A DNA stretch of 63,659 nt from the NCBI GenBank assembly GCA_041690595.1, contig JAWLHB010000048.1, forward strand, positions 1 to 63,659. Direction: 5' to 3'. Positions within the stretch are counted from its first letter, which is position 1; each line of letters begins with the position of its first letter. The position numbers and the translations under genes were made by a program. Shown here one piece after another: positions 1 to 9,160 of the stretch. This DNA is from Lentisphaeria bacterium (GTDB lineage: Bacteria > Verrucomicrobiota > Lentisphaeria > JABSQK01 > JAWLHB01). The notes below the pieces were generated by a model. It ran no database searches, had not been told where the DNA came from, and worked only from the letters and a program-made list of their open reading frames with translations.

Positions 1-72
1 GTCGCCAGCGGCTCCAACCAGACCGCCGCGGGCATTCGCGATGAACTTGAGGCTATCCGTCCAAATAAATAA
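1..72 (+). CDS. 3' end of an unidentified CDS (partial)
   Basis: Frame 1 reads VASGSNQTAAGIRDELEAIRPNK and stops at TAA 70-72; GC3-rich codons. Confidence 0.5.
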   Translation, partial: VASGSNQTAAGIRDELEAIRPNK

Positions 73-79
73 TCAAATA

Positions 80-165
80 CCATCAGGGTTGATGGGTGGG
101 CGGGCAGTCTACCCAGGGTAGCCTCAAAGGCAACCCTGGGCTATGGGACGTAGCCCCGTTGGGGC
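80..165. repeat. REP-like palindrome cluster
   Basis: Hairpins CCATCA-gggt-TGATGG (80-95), CCCAGGGTAGCCT-caa-AGGCAACCCTGGG (112-140, one mismatch) and GCCCC-gtt-GGGGC (153-165). Confidence 0.6.
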
Positions 166-270
166 AAGGGGCGAAAGGAGACGCAGGGGACGAAGGGGAC
201 GCAGGGGCGAAAGGGGACGCAGGGGCGAAAGGGGACGAAGTGGACGAAGGGGACGAAAGGGACGAAAGGC
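166..270. repeat. Purine-rich ~9-bp degenerate tandem repeat
   Basis: Repeated aggggcgaa / ggggacgca / gggacgaag units. Confidence 0.7.
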
Positions 271-334
271 AAAGGGGGAAGCGGAGCGAGTGAGGGGAAG
301 CTGGTGTTGGGGAGTGGCAGCGTGCAACGCCGGT

Positions 335-730
335 GCCACTCAGGCGAGTGGCGTGCCCAGGGGGCGTGGGAGCGGTGACGGGACGTTGGGGAGGGTCAAC
401 GGCGAACGCCGGGGCCACTCAGGCGAGTGGCGTGCCCAGGGGGCGTGGGAGCGGTGATGGGACGTTGGGGAGGGTCAACGGCGAACGCCGGGGCCACTCA
501 GGCGAGTGGCGTGCCCAGGGGGCGTGGGAGCGGTGATGGGACGTTGGGGAGGGGCAACGGCGAACGCCGGGGCCACTCAGGCGAGTGGCGTGCCCAGGGG
601 GCGCGGGAGCGGTGACGGGACGTTGGGGAGGGGCAACGGCGAACGCCGGGGCCACTCAGGCGAGTGGCGTGCCCAGGGGGCGTGGGAGCGGTGATGGGGC
701 GTTGGGGAGGGGCAGCGTGCAACGCCGCGT
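335..730. repeat. Tandem array, 5 x 79 bp, each unit carrying hairpin GCCACTC-aggc-GAGTGGC
   Basis: GCCACT starts at 335, 414, 493, 572 and 651; units nearly identical over their full length. Confidence 0.95.
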
Positions 731-759
731 GGCTGTCGGGAGAAATGGTGGATGGGGGG

Positions 760-801
760 TTGCATCGGGGGAATGGGGCATTATGATTGTACAGGTACAA
801 T
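760..801 (+). promoter_or_regulatory. sigma70-like promoter overlapped by palindromic operator ATTGTAC-ag-GTACAAT
   Basis: TTGCAT (760-765), 16-nt spacer, TATGAT (782-787); perfect 7-bp inverted repeat at 786-801 resembling the AraR/GntR box. Confidence 0.55.
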
Positions 802-834
802 GCAACGGTTAAACCTGTTCATCAGGTGACTGAC

Positions 835-1977
835 ATGGCGCAATCTACGGATCGTACGCAGCCGAAGACACATCGAGTGGCCGAGACGCTGACGCAATGG
901 ATAGCAGAGGAGCGGGTGGTTCGCGGGGAGGCTATTCCGTCGGAAGCGCAGTTGATGCGCGAGCTTGCGGTGAGCCGAGGCACGGTGCGTCGGGGGATCG
1001 ATCTGCTGGTGCAGCAGGGGATCCTGGAGCCGCGTGCGGGGATCGGCCATGTGCTGCGTTCGCGGACGCCGCGTCCGGCGATCGGCATCCTCTTCGGGGG
1101 CGTTTTTCAGGCGTATCACAAGCTGATCTATGAGGCGCTGGTCGAGGAGCTGGCGGCCTGCGCCTTCGTCTCGCGCACCTACATCGGCGTGGCGCATTTC
1201 GAGGGGCATGGTCTCGATCAGACGCAGATCTGCCAGGACATCCAGGCTCGCCGCCTGCAGGGGTTGATCACCTTGAGCTGGCGCGGCACGGAGAGCGAGC
1301 GCGATCGCCGGCTGAAGGCGCTGCTGGACGAGCAGGAGATTCCGCGCGTGCAGTTCTCGTCGTCGGATCTGCCCTATTCCATCAGCGCCGACATGGGGGA
1401 CATGGCCAGGCGGGCGGTTCGGTTGCTTGCGCAAAGCGGTCGGGGGCGCATCGCCCTGATGATCCCCGGGGTTGAGCAGTCGGCGGAGCCTTCCAGCTTC
1501 CTCAGCGCCTATTGCCAGGCGATGCTGGAGATGGGGCTGGCGGTGGAGCCGTCGCTCCTCTGGCACGCAGGAGGAAGGGCAACGGAGCAGAGCGGGCATG
1601 ATCTCTTCAAGCGGTACTGGGCCCAGGAACCGCGGCCCGATGCGCTGATCATCACGGACGATGTCCTGGCGAAGGGGGCGCTTGTGGCCGCTATCGACCT
1701 GGGGATCGACATTCCGGAGAGGCTGCGGGTCGCCGCCCTGGCGGTCAAGGATAGCGACACCTTTTACGCCCGCCCCATCGTGCGGCTGCAGCTCGATGCC
1801 GGCCTCTTCGCGCGCACCGCCGTGCACACGCTGAAGGGCCAGTTGCAGCAGCCCGCCAGCCCCCGGCAGAAGATCCGTCTCCCCTGCGAGCTGGTCGACG
1901 AGAGCGGTGCCACTGTCGGCGAGGGATCGTCATTTCCGTCCATGGCACCACCTACCATAAAGGAGAATCAAAGATGA
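835..1977 (+). CDS. GntR-family HTH + LacI-type sugar-binding domain regulator (AraR-like)
   Basis: [22 protein letters not shown] winged HTH; C-terminal [16 protein letters not shown] LacI-like domain. Confidence 0.9.
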   Translation: MAQSTDRTQPKTHRVAETLTQWIAEERVVRGEAIPSEAQLMRELAVSRGTVRRGIDLLVQQGILEPRAGIGHVLRSRTPRPAIGILFGGVFQAYHKLIYEALVEELAACAFVSRTYIGVAHFEGHGLDQTQICQDIQARRLQGLITLSWRGTESERDRRLKALLDEQEIPRVQFSSSDLPYSISADMGDMARRAVRLLAQSGRGRIALMIPGVEQSAEPSSFLSAYCQAMLEMGLAVEPSLLWHAGGRATEQSGHDLFKRYWAQEPRPDALIITDDVLAKGALVAAIDLGIDIPERLRVAALAVKDSDTFYARPIVRLQLDAGLFARTAVHTLKGQLQQPASPRQKIRLPCELVDESGATVGEGSSFPSMAPPTIKENQR

Positions 1978-2666
1978 AAGCGCGATCGTTGAGAGTGGGA
2001 TGTTTCACGTTGATCGAGCTTCTGGTCGTGGTGGCGATAATAGCCATTCTGGCGTCGATGCTGCTGCCCGCGCTGAGCAAGGCGCGTGGTCGTGCGCAGC
2101 AGACCTCGTGCATGGGTAGCATGAAGCAGATCGGCATGGGCATCGGCATGTACGTGGACGAATGGGACTACTATCCCTCCGGCGGCAGCAACAAGGCGAC
2201 GGATCTGACGCACTATTACTATGCTCCGTGGTGGGCGTGGAAGGGCGGCTCGCTGTGGCCCTACGTAGGGAGTACAGAGGTAACGCGCTCCGGTTGCCCG
2301 ACCAGCCGGGGGCGTCTTCTCGAGTCTTACCTGGTCAACCGGCTCGCGCTGGTAATCTACGGCAGTGACACCGGCAGCCATGGCTTCGTCAAGCCGAACC
2401 GACTTCAGGTACCCGAGAGCTTTCTGCTGGTGACGGAATTCAACATCCCGAATCGCAACGGCTACAACTACTTCGAGTACAGCCAGACGGATTCCGTTGG
2501 TCGCTGGCACAATGGCGGGATGAATATCGCGTGGGCGGATGGGCACATCAGCGGGCTGCCCAACATGGCCGCCCTCATCGGCAGCAGGTACAATACGAAT
2601 TACGTCAAGCTCTCGTGGATGAACCCTGTCTACAACACACCATCGCTCGTCGCCTCGAACTGGTGA
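1974..2666 (+). CDS. Prepilin-type N-terminal cleavage/methylation protein with H-X9-DG motif (DUF1559-like)
   Basis: [56 protein letters not shown] overlap with the regulator. Confidence 0.92.
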   Translation: MKARSLRVGCFTLIELLVVVAIIAILASMLLPALSKARGRAQQTSCMGSMKQIGMGIGMYVDEWDYYPSGGSNKATDLTHYYYAPWWAWKGGSLWPYVGSTEVTRSGCPTSRGRLLESYLVNRLALVIYGSDTGSHGFVKPNRLQVPESFLLVTEFNIPNRNGYNYFEYSQTDSVGRWHNGGMNIAWADGHISGLPNMAALIGSRYNTNYVKLSWMNPVYNTPSLVASNW

Positions 2667-2694
2667 GGCAAGAGCAACGATCCCGGAGACACCG

Positions 2695-5600
2695 ATGCAG
2701 ACCTTTGTGACGATCCTCCGCGCGTGCGCCTGCCTGGCCTTCCTCGGCGGTGCCGCGACGCCGCTGCAGGCCCAGACGGAAGCGGCCACCTTTGACCCGC
2801 CGAACAGCTTGGTCATCCCCCGCCTCGAGAATTGGCAGGATCCGGTGACGGTCGACGGTGAGCTGGGCGAAGGGCGCTGGCGGCAGGCAGCCGTGATTCC
2901 CTCCTTCAATTCCGTGTGGGGCAAGAACGAGCAGGCGATCCAGCAGAGCAGCGCCAGGATCTTCTACGACACCGAGAACCTCTACATCGGGCTTGTCTTC
3001 AATGAAGAGAAGATGGCCTCCATCATCCACGGCATTCCCGCGGGACAGGCGGAAGATGCGCCCGTTAACTCCAACGATGACTGCTGCGAGATCCTGATCG
3101 CGCCGGAGGGAGATCCGCACCGCTACTTCGTCCTGAAGTTCACGCCAAGCGGCGCCAGATTCGATGCACAGGCAAGCAGCGACATCGCCCGGGGGGGGCG
3201 CTTCCAGTTTCAGGACGACTGGAATGGCGACTGGAGTATCGCCACCGCGCTTGGCGCGGAGAGCTGGAGCGCGGAAGTGCGTGTGCCGTTGGACCTTTTT
3301 GCCCGGGAGGGGGAATTCGTGGGGGTGCCGGTGGCGGGGCAGAGCTGGCGGTTGAACATCTGCCGCGTGGCCTCGACGAGCGGCGAGTTCAGCGCGTGGA
3401 ACAAGAGTCCCAAGGGGTTCCAGGTGCCGGAGAGCTTCGGCGAGATCGTTTTCCGGGGTTGGGAGCATGGGGAGATCGTCCTGGAAGGGGTTTCTCCCGG
3501 CGAGATGATCGTAGGCAGCAACACCTTCACCGGGACCATTCGCAACGCCAGTGACCGCGACGCCAGCGTAAAGCTGCAGGCCGTGCTCAGTCGAAAGATC
3601 ACGGATCCGGAAGAGCTGACGGAGACGGAGAAGCAACGGGCGTGGGAGATTCCGCGGCGCCTGGTCCCCCTGCATGAGGAAAGTCTCTCGCTGGCCCCCG
3701 GCGCGACGCGGGAGGTGCGCTTCGTCTACACCCTGCACGATGGGGGCCTGAAGACGGTTGGTGTACAGCTGACCTGGGAACGGATGAAGATGAACATCTA
3801 TTCCGGCTCCGCCTACCGGAATGTCTATCCGCTTCTCGAAACGAACCAGCGTCACCGCCGGCAACTGGAGGATCTGAGGAAGCGGGCCGCCGCGACGGGT
3901 ACGCTGACGGGGCGTTACCGGCCGCTTGCGGATGGCTTCGCGGCGGGGCTGCGGGCGGCGGAGGGCGAGCTGGCGGCGTTGATGGCAAGCGCCGAGCAGT
4001 GGGACGCGAGGGTTGCCGCTTCGCAACAACTGGACGAGCGCCTGGAAGCACTTGAGCGGACTTTCGCCAACGAGCTTGTTCCGGCCTACTGGGCGGTGAC
4101 CCGTGGCAGGGAGGAGCTTGCGTTCTGCGTCGGCAGCATCCATCCAACGGAGAAAGTCTTTCGCGACGATCTCTTCCGCGGAAGTATTGGCGAGGAGGTG
4201 GCGATCGCCATGGCTGCCAATGAATATGAGAGTGCGCAGTTCGTCATTCTTTATCTCGACAAGATGGCGGGAGAGATCGCTTTTTCGGCTACGGAATTGG
4301 TGAGCGAGGATAATCCCGAGGACATGATACCGGTCAGCAATCTGGAATTTCAGGTGGTGGGCTACATCGATATCGGGGATACGGGCAAGGGGACGCGGGT
4401 CGGCGCCTGGCCGGATGTCCTCTACCCTGAAACACGCGTGGCGTACAATGGCTATCCGCTGCAGCCGGTGATGCTCACCGTGAAGACCGACAAGGCGCAG
4501 GTTGCCGGTTTGTACAAGGGGAGCGTCAGCTTTACGGGCAGCGACGGGCAGGCCATTGTGATTCAGCTTCAGGTGCGGGTCTATCCCTTTGCCCTGCCGG
4601 ATCAGAAGTCGTTGCGCTCGAGCTTCTGGTTCAGCACCTATCGGCCTCGCAACTACTACGGCGGCAAGCTGGGCGGCGAGTTCTTTCCGGTTTCCTTGTA
4701 CACGGAGTTCGCGGAGATCCTCGGCCGCTACCAGATGGCGCCGAGCCCGCGGGGGGATATTCTGTCGCGGATGATCCGCCTGAAGCGCAATGCGGACGGC
4801 AGCATCGGCTTCGACTTCTCGCGCATCGATCCTTACTGGGAAGCGTCGCTGGCCAGCGGCGCAAATGTCCTCTATATCGATTCTCTGCCTTCCTCCTTCT
4901 TTCTGGAACCGGAGAAGAACTGGATTCCACGCGCGATCCTGGTCGATCCGGTGAGCGGCGCGGAGAGCGATTACGTGGCCGAAGATCCAGAGCAGATGGC
5001 GGCTGCGTATATCCGGGCGGTGGTGGATCATTTCAAGGAGCGCGGCTGGTTCGACAGGGCGGTCATACAGGTCTCGGATGAGCCGTGGGGAAGCACCAAG
5101 CAGCAGCAGATTCGCGACGCGGTGACGCGGCTGCGGCTGCTGGCGCCTGACCTGCCGGTGGTCAGCGCCGGCACCGTGCGCGGCAAGATGAATCTCGACG
5201 GCTACATCGACATCTGGTGCCCCCAGTTCCGCCAGTACAATCCGGACGACTATGCGGACATGAAGGAGGGGGAGAAGCTCTGGCTTTACCAGTGCCTCTA
5301 CAAGCCGTTCTTCCCTACTTACACGATCGACCGGCCCGGCATCGATCCGCGCATTGCCGCATGGATCTGCTGGAAGACGGGTGCGGAAGGCTTCCTCTAC
5401 TGGACGGCCACGATGTGGGACAGCCCGGCTATCATCAAGCAGAAGATGGCGGGCGACAATCGCTGGATCAAGGAGCAGTGGTTATTTCCCTGGGATGACA
5501 TGCCCGGTGACGGCTGCTTCATCTACCCGGAGAAGGAACGCCTGGTGGCCTCCTTCCGCGCTCAGGCTATCCGCGATGGCTTCGAGGACTACGAGTATCT

Positions 5601-5805
5601 GGTCCAGCTCGACAGTCACTACCGCGCCGCCGTCGCGGGTGGGAAGCTGCCGCCGGAGCTGCGGCAGCGGGCGGAAACGCTTCTGGCGATTCCGGATCCT
5701 ATCGTCAAATCCTGCATGAGCTGGACCAAGTCGCCGGGGGATCTGGAAGCGACGCGTCGCGCCATTGCCGAGACCATCGTGGAGCTGCAGGAAGGGAGGC
5801 GGTGA
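2695..5805 (+). CDS. Secreted CBM9-like + DUF4091 (GH123-like) glycoside hydrolase
   Basis: Signal peptide; VTVDGELGEGRW..WSAEVRVP..WRLNICR (CBM9-like); ANEYESAQF, WPDVL, SDEP, IRDGFEDYEYL (DUF4091). Confidence 0.75.
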   Translation: MQTFVTILRACACLAFLGGAATPLQAQTEAATFDPPNSLVIPRLENWQDPVTVDGELGEGRWRQAAVIPSFNSVWGKNEQAIQQSSARIFYDTENLYIGLVFNEEKMASIIHGIPAGQAEDAPVNSNDDCCEILIAPEGDPHRYFVLKFTPSGARFDAQASSDIARGGRFQFQDDWNGDWSIATALGAESWSAEVRVPLDLFAREGEFVGVPVAGQSWRLNICRVASTSGEFSAWNKSPKGFQVPESFGEIVFRGWEHGEIVLEGVSPGEMIVGSNTFTGTIRNASDRDASVKLQAVLSRKITDPEELTETEKQRAWEIPRRLVPLHEESLSLAPGATREVRFVYTLHDGGLKTVGVQLTWERMKMNIYSGSAYRNVYPLLETNQRHRRQLEDLRKRAAATGTLTGRYRPLADGFAAGLRAAEGELAALMASAEQWDARVAASQQLDERLEALERTFANELVPAYWAVTRGREELAFCVGSIHPTEKVFRDDLFRGSIGEEVAIAMAANEYESAQFVILYLDKMAGEIAFSATELVSEDNPEDMIPVSNLEFQVVGYIDIGDTGKGTRVGAWPDVLYPETRVAYNGYPLQPVMLTVKTDKAQVAGLYKGSVSFTGSDGQAIVIQLQVRVYPFALPDQKSLRSSFWFSTYRPRNYYGGKLGGEFFPVSLYTEFAEILGRYQMAPSPRGDILSRMIRLKRNADGSIGFDFSRIDPYWEASLASGANVLYIDSLPSSFFLEPEKNWIPRAILVDPVSGAESDYVAEDPEQMAAAYIRAVVDHFKERGWFDRAVIQVSDEPWGSTKQQQIRDAVTRLRLLAPDLPVVSAGTVRGKMNLDGYIDIWCPQFRQYNPDDYADMKEGEKLWLYQCLYKPFFPTYTIDRPGIDPRIAAWICWKTGAEGFLYWTATMWDSPAIIKQKMAGDNRWIKEQWLFPWDDMPGDGCFIYPEKERLVASFRAQAIRDGFEDYEYLVQLDSHYRAAVAGGKLPPELRQRAETLLAIPDPIVKSCMSWTKSPGDLEATRRAIAETIVELQEGRR

Positions 5806-5859
5806 GGCGGAGGCAGGAGGAGGATTAACCACAAAGAGCGCAAAGATCGCAAAGAACGA

Positions 5860-6007
5860 GCGGGGGACGCGGCCGGCCGTTGGGGGCAACGGCCGGAACG
5901 GGACCGATGAGGTGGCGAGGTGGTGTGAGGGGAGGCTGGCGTTGGGGAGGGGCAACGTGCAACGCCGGTGCCACTCAGGCGAGTGGCGTGCCCAGGGGGC
6001 GCGGGAG
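5860..6007. repeat. Composite REP module (two hairpins), copy 1
   Basis: CCGGCCGTTG-gggg-CAACGGCCGG (5873-5896) plus GCCACTCAGGCGAGTGGC (5970-5987), the same hairpin as in the 79-bp array. Confidence 0.75.
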
Positions 6008-6128
6008 AGTGACAAAGATTGGGAAGGCGTCTCGGAGCGCCGCAGCGTTGGGTTTGCAGAGCGGCAAGAGAAAGGGCGCGACACCAGTGAGGGTGTCGCG
6101 CCCGTGTCATGTCAGTCGTGGTTGCTTT

Positions 6129-7256
6129 TCAGTAGCGGCTGCCGGTGGGGGATTCGCTTGCTGACGGCGTATGGAGAATGCGCCGGCGCGATTCCCGCCA
6201 GTCCACGTTGCTGGGCTGGTCGGTGATGTGGAAGCTCTGGGCCATCAGGGCTCGCTTGCCCTCGATAGTGACTTCGCGAAGCTGGAAGGTGCCCTGCGCA
6301 CCTTCGCGAATCTGATCGGTGTTGATCTCGTTCTCCTTGCCGAGAATGACGGTGCGCTGTTGACCATCATCGAACTCGACGAGCGCAATGACATGCGTTT
6401 TGTCGGTGCCTTCACCGATTTCGACAGTGGCGGCGCGAAGTATCTCGCCGTTCACGCGACGCAGGCTGGGCATCGACTGCTCACTGCGTTGCCGCAGGTC
6501 GATGCGCCGACCATTGGCCTCGAGATTCTCGGCTACGAGTATGTCTCGGCCGTTGACGCTGCCCTGGATGCCAGTGGCTACCAAGCGATCACCCTCGTCG
6601 AGATCGACCCTGCGAAGCTCACGCTCGGGACCGAGGTTGACCATGACAGTGCGGCCTTCCTGGGTACGCACCTTGGCGAAGAGCTGCCGCTCCTGCTCGC
6701 CGGAGAGCTGGAAGGCTCTTATGTCGGTGATTTGGCCTTGCAGACGATAGGTCTGATGGCTTTGGCTTGACTGGCCGTACTGACTGCTCTGCCGGTTATA
6801 CCGATCGGTCTGGCCGTAACGGTCGCTGGTGGTCTGACCGTACTGGCCGGTCTGGCCGGAACGGTCGCTGGACTGGCCATACTGGCCGCTCTGGCCGGTC
6901 TGGCCGTAACGGTCGCTGGTGCTCTGACCATACTGGCCGCTCTGCTGACCGGTCTGGCCGTACTGGCTCTGCTGACGCCGCTGAGAGTTCTTGCGGGCTT
7001 CCTGCAGGTCGATGTAACTGATCGTCTCGACGACTTCGTAGGTGCCATCACCATCGAGGTCATAAGCGATAGCGACCATTTTGTGTTCCGGCGACTGCTT
7101 GTTCTGCGTCTGCTGTTGGCCGGATTTTTGCTCGCTGCGTTGTTGCTGATTGCGATCGCTGCTCTGGCTGCTGTCGCTTTGAGCCGTGCCGGTGAAGGTT
7201 CCTGCGACCATGGCGATGGAGCAGGCCAAAGCGGTTAGTTTCGTGTGCATATGCAT
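6129..7256 (-). CDS. Secreted hypothetical protein with Q/Y/G/S-rich low-complexity repeats and C-terminal beta (OB-like) modules
   Basis: RBS AGGAGA before MHMHTKLTALACSIAMVAG (signal peptide); QYGQ repeats; the ORF-track extension to 8267 is an alternative frame of the upstream gene. Confidence 0.75.
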   Translation of the reverse strand: MHMHTKLTALACSIAMVAGTFTGTAQSDSSQSSDRNQQQRSEQKSGQQQTQNKQSPEHKMVAIAYDLDGDGTYEVVETISYIDLQEARKNSQRRQQSQYGQTGQQSGQYGQSTSDRYGQTGQSGQYGQSSDRSGQTGQYGQTTSDRYGQTDRYNRQSSQYGQSSQSHQTYRLQGQITDIRAFQLSGEQERQLFAKVRTQEGRTVMVNLGPERELRRVDLDEGDRLVATGIQGSVNGRDILVAENLEANGRRIDLRQRSEQSMPSLRRVNGEILRAATVEIGEGTDKTHVIALVEFDDGQQRTVILGKENEINTDQIREGAQGTFQLREVTIEGKRALMAQSFHITDQPSNVDWRESRRRILHTPSASESPTGSRY

Positions 7257-7299
7257 GAGGTGTTTCTCCTGAATGTTGATGGTAGCGGGCAGGACTGCG

Positions 7300-8340
7300 T
7301 TAGTCTTCGTACCAAGTGTCGAAGTCATCGCTGGTGGTGAACCACTCGTTGCGTGATCGACCAAACTCGCCAGAGGTCGAGGTGCTGGTGGTACGGTCGT
7401 ACTGGCTGGATCCGCGCATACGGGAGTCGCCGGTGCGCCAATCGTCGCCGGTGCCGGAACGCATACGGGAATCGCCAGTGCGCCAATCGTCGCCGGTGCC
7501 GGAACGCATGCGGGAGTCGCCGGTGCGCCAATCGTCGCCGGTGCCGGAACGCATACGGGAATCGCCAGTGCGCCAATCGTCGCCGGTGCCGGAACGCATG
7601 CGGGAGTCGCCGGTGCGCCAGTCGTCGTCGGTGCCGGAACGCATGCGGGAGTCGCCGGTGCGCCAGTCGTCAGCGGTCGTACTCTGTCCAAACTCATCGG
7701 CAGTTCCGCTGAACCCGCGGTCGGTGGTATTGCGATCCGTGTCGGTGGTTCGCCTTTGGCCGAACTCCCAGCCGGAACGACTGGTGGTATCGCGGCGATC
7801 GAAGTCCCGGTCGGAACTACGAGTGGTGTCGCGACGATCGAAGTCCCAGTCGGAACTACGGGTGGTGTCACGACGGTCACCGAAGTCCCAGTCGGAACTG
7901 CGGGTGGTGTCACGGCGATCCCAGTCGGAGCTGCGGGTGGTGTCACGGCGATCCCAGTCGGAGCTGCGGGTGGTGTCGCGGCGATCCCAATCGGAACTAC
8001 GGGTGGTGTCGCGGCGATCACCGAACTGCCAGTCGGAGTCGCGGGTAGTGTCGCGCTGGTTGCCGGTTCGCCAATCCGAGCGATTGTCCTGATAGGCGTC
8101 GATTTGGGTATCGACCTCATGATCGGAGCGAGCACTCTGGGAACTGTATGCGCCGGAGCGGGTACCAGAGGTATCGCCTCCAGATCGGGCGCTGGTCGTG
8201 CTGCTGCTGCCGCTGGTACCGGAGGTGCCACTGCTCCCACTGGTGCCTGAGGAGCCTTGCTGGGCATAGCCGGTGATGCTGACTGTCAACAGCGCCGCGA
8301 AGACGGTGGCAGTCCACTGGGTCAAGAATTTCAGTCTCAT
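7300..8340 (-). CDS. Secreted disordered repeat protein (DRRDTTRSSDW x~8; GTGDDWRTGDSRMRS x6)
   Basis: RBS ACAGGA, signal peptide MRLKFLTQWTATVFAALLTVSITGYA; 45-bp tandem units at ~7411-7675. Confidence 0.75.
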   Translation of the reverse strand: MRLKFLTQWTATVFAALLTVSITGYAQQGSSGTSGSSGTSGTSGSSSTTSARSGGDTSGTRSGAYSSQSARSDHEVDTQIDAYQDNRSDWRTGNQRDTTRDSDWQFGDRRDTTRSSDWDRRDTTRSSDWDRRDTTRSSDWDRRDTTRSSDWDFGDRRDTTRSSDWDFDRRDTTRSSDRDFDRRDTTSRSGWEFGQRRTTDTDRNTTDRGFSGTADEFGQSTTADDWRTGDSRMRSGTDDDWRTGDSRMRSGTGDDWRTGDSRMRSGTGDDWRTGDSRMRSGTGDDWRTGDSRMRSGTGDDWRTGDSRMRGSSQYDRTTSTSTSGEFGRSRNEWFTTSDDFDTWYED

Positions 8341-8410
8341 GATATCGTTTCCTGTTTGCTTTTTCGCTGATGCGGCCAGAGGGCGCCGCGGCGGATCACT
8401 CGGCTTCTGA

Positions 8411-8426
8411 TGCATGCGCTGTGCCA
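8411..8426 (-). promoter_or_regulatory. sigma54 (-24/-12) promoter
   Basis: Minus strand TGGCACAGCGCATGCA (GG-N10-GC), ~70 nt upstream of ATG 8340. Confidence 0.55.
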
Positions 8427-8614
8427 GAGTCGGCTTCAATGGCTGTCGTTGTTGATGTGTGAGCAGGGAAAAGAGGCGAATTTGAGAGGCTGGTGCGCCA
8501 TGTTGCGCGGGTTTGTGTAAACTTTTTTCCACTATGCGTCGCAGTGAGCATACACAGTGAACAAGAAGATGATGATGCTGCCTTCTTCTGTACTTGTGTC
8601 GCAATGGGGGGGGC

Positions 8615-8750
8615 GCGGGGACGCGGCCGGCCGTTGAGGGCAACGGCCGGAACGGGATCGATGACACAAGGGAGGGTGAAGGGAGATTGGGAGGGCAATG
8701 TCCAACGCTGGAGCCACTCAGGCGAGTTGCGTGCCCTGGGTGCGTGGGAG
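8615..8750. repeat. Composite REP module, copy 2 (direct repeat of 5860-6007)
   Basis: CCGGCCGTTG-aggg-CAACGGCCGG (8627-8650) and GCCACTCAGGCGAGTTGC (8713-8730), same order as copy 1. Confidence 0.7.
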
Positions 8751-9160
8751 GGAAGATAGAGGTTGGCATAGGGCCGGGCACATGCGAGGCCGTTGGGCAC
8801 AACGGCCAATCGCCGTGTCGGAATGCCTCCCACGTTGAGATCCCACGTTGAACTCAACTCAGGGGCGGCAAGGGCAAGGGCTTGTGGGACGAATGTCCGG
8901 GTAACGGCCGGCCAGGGAGACCACTTTCGGCGTCTCCGCGTCCCCGCTGCCAGAATCCGCTGCAAGTATCCTGATTTTTTATGGGGAAGATCCGGCCATT
9001 TCCGAGGATGGTTTTAGGTCATTTTGAGCAGGAACCGGCTGTGCGCGGAAGGGATTTCCCTTTGCGGGGGACCATAAAAGTATCGTAAGTGTGGTGGACA
9101 TCCGGGCTTATAATGCTTATTGTCTTTATAGTCCTCTACTTCAAGAATCAGGAGTCCGTT

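Noticed and set aside
335..730. CRISPR array
   Set aside because: Sequence between the hairpins is nearly identical in every unit (no unique spacers), and there are no cas genes in the window
83..812. Many short ORFs in the repeat region
   Set aside because: Translations of GC-rich repeats, with no RBS or recognisable domain
2605..5031. Long antisense ORFs (also 22715-25297, 27406-29496, 35253-37430, 52960-54951)
   Set aside because: Shadow ORFs opposite recognisable genes, expected from high GC3 codon usage
7411..8060. Non-coding repeat array
   Set aside because: Unit lengths are multiples of 3 and lie in an ORF with an RBS and signal peptide; treated as coding repeats
7257..8267. N-terminal extension of the 712-aa ORF
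   Set aside because: Alternative frame of the DW-repeat gene; the RBS and signal peptide start at 7256
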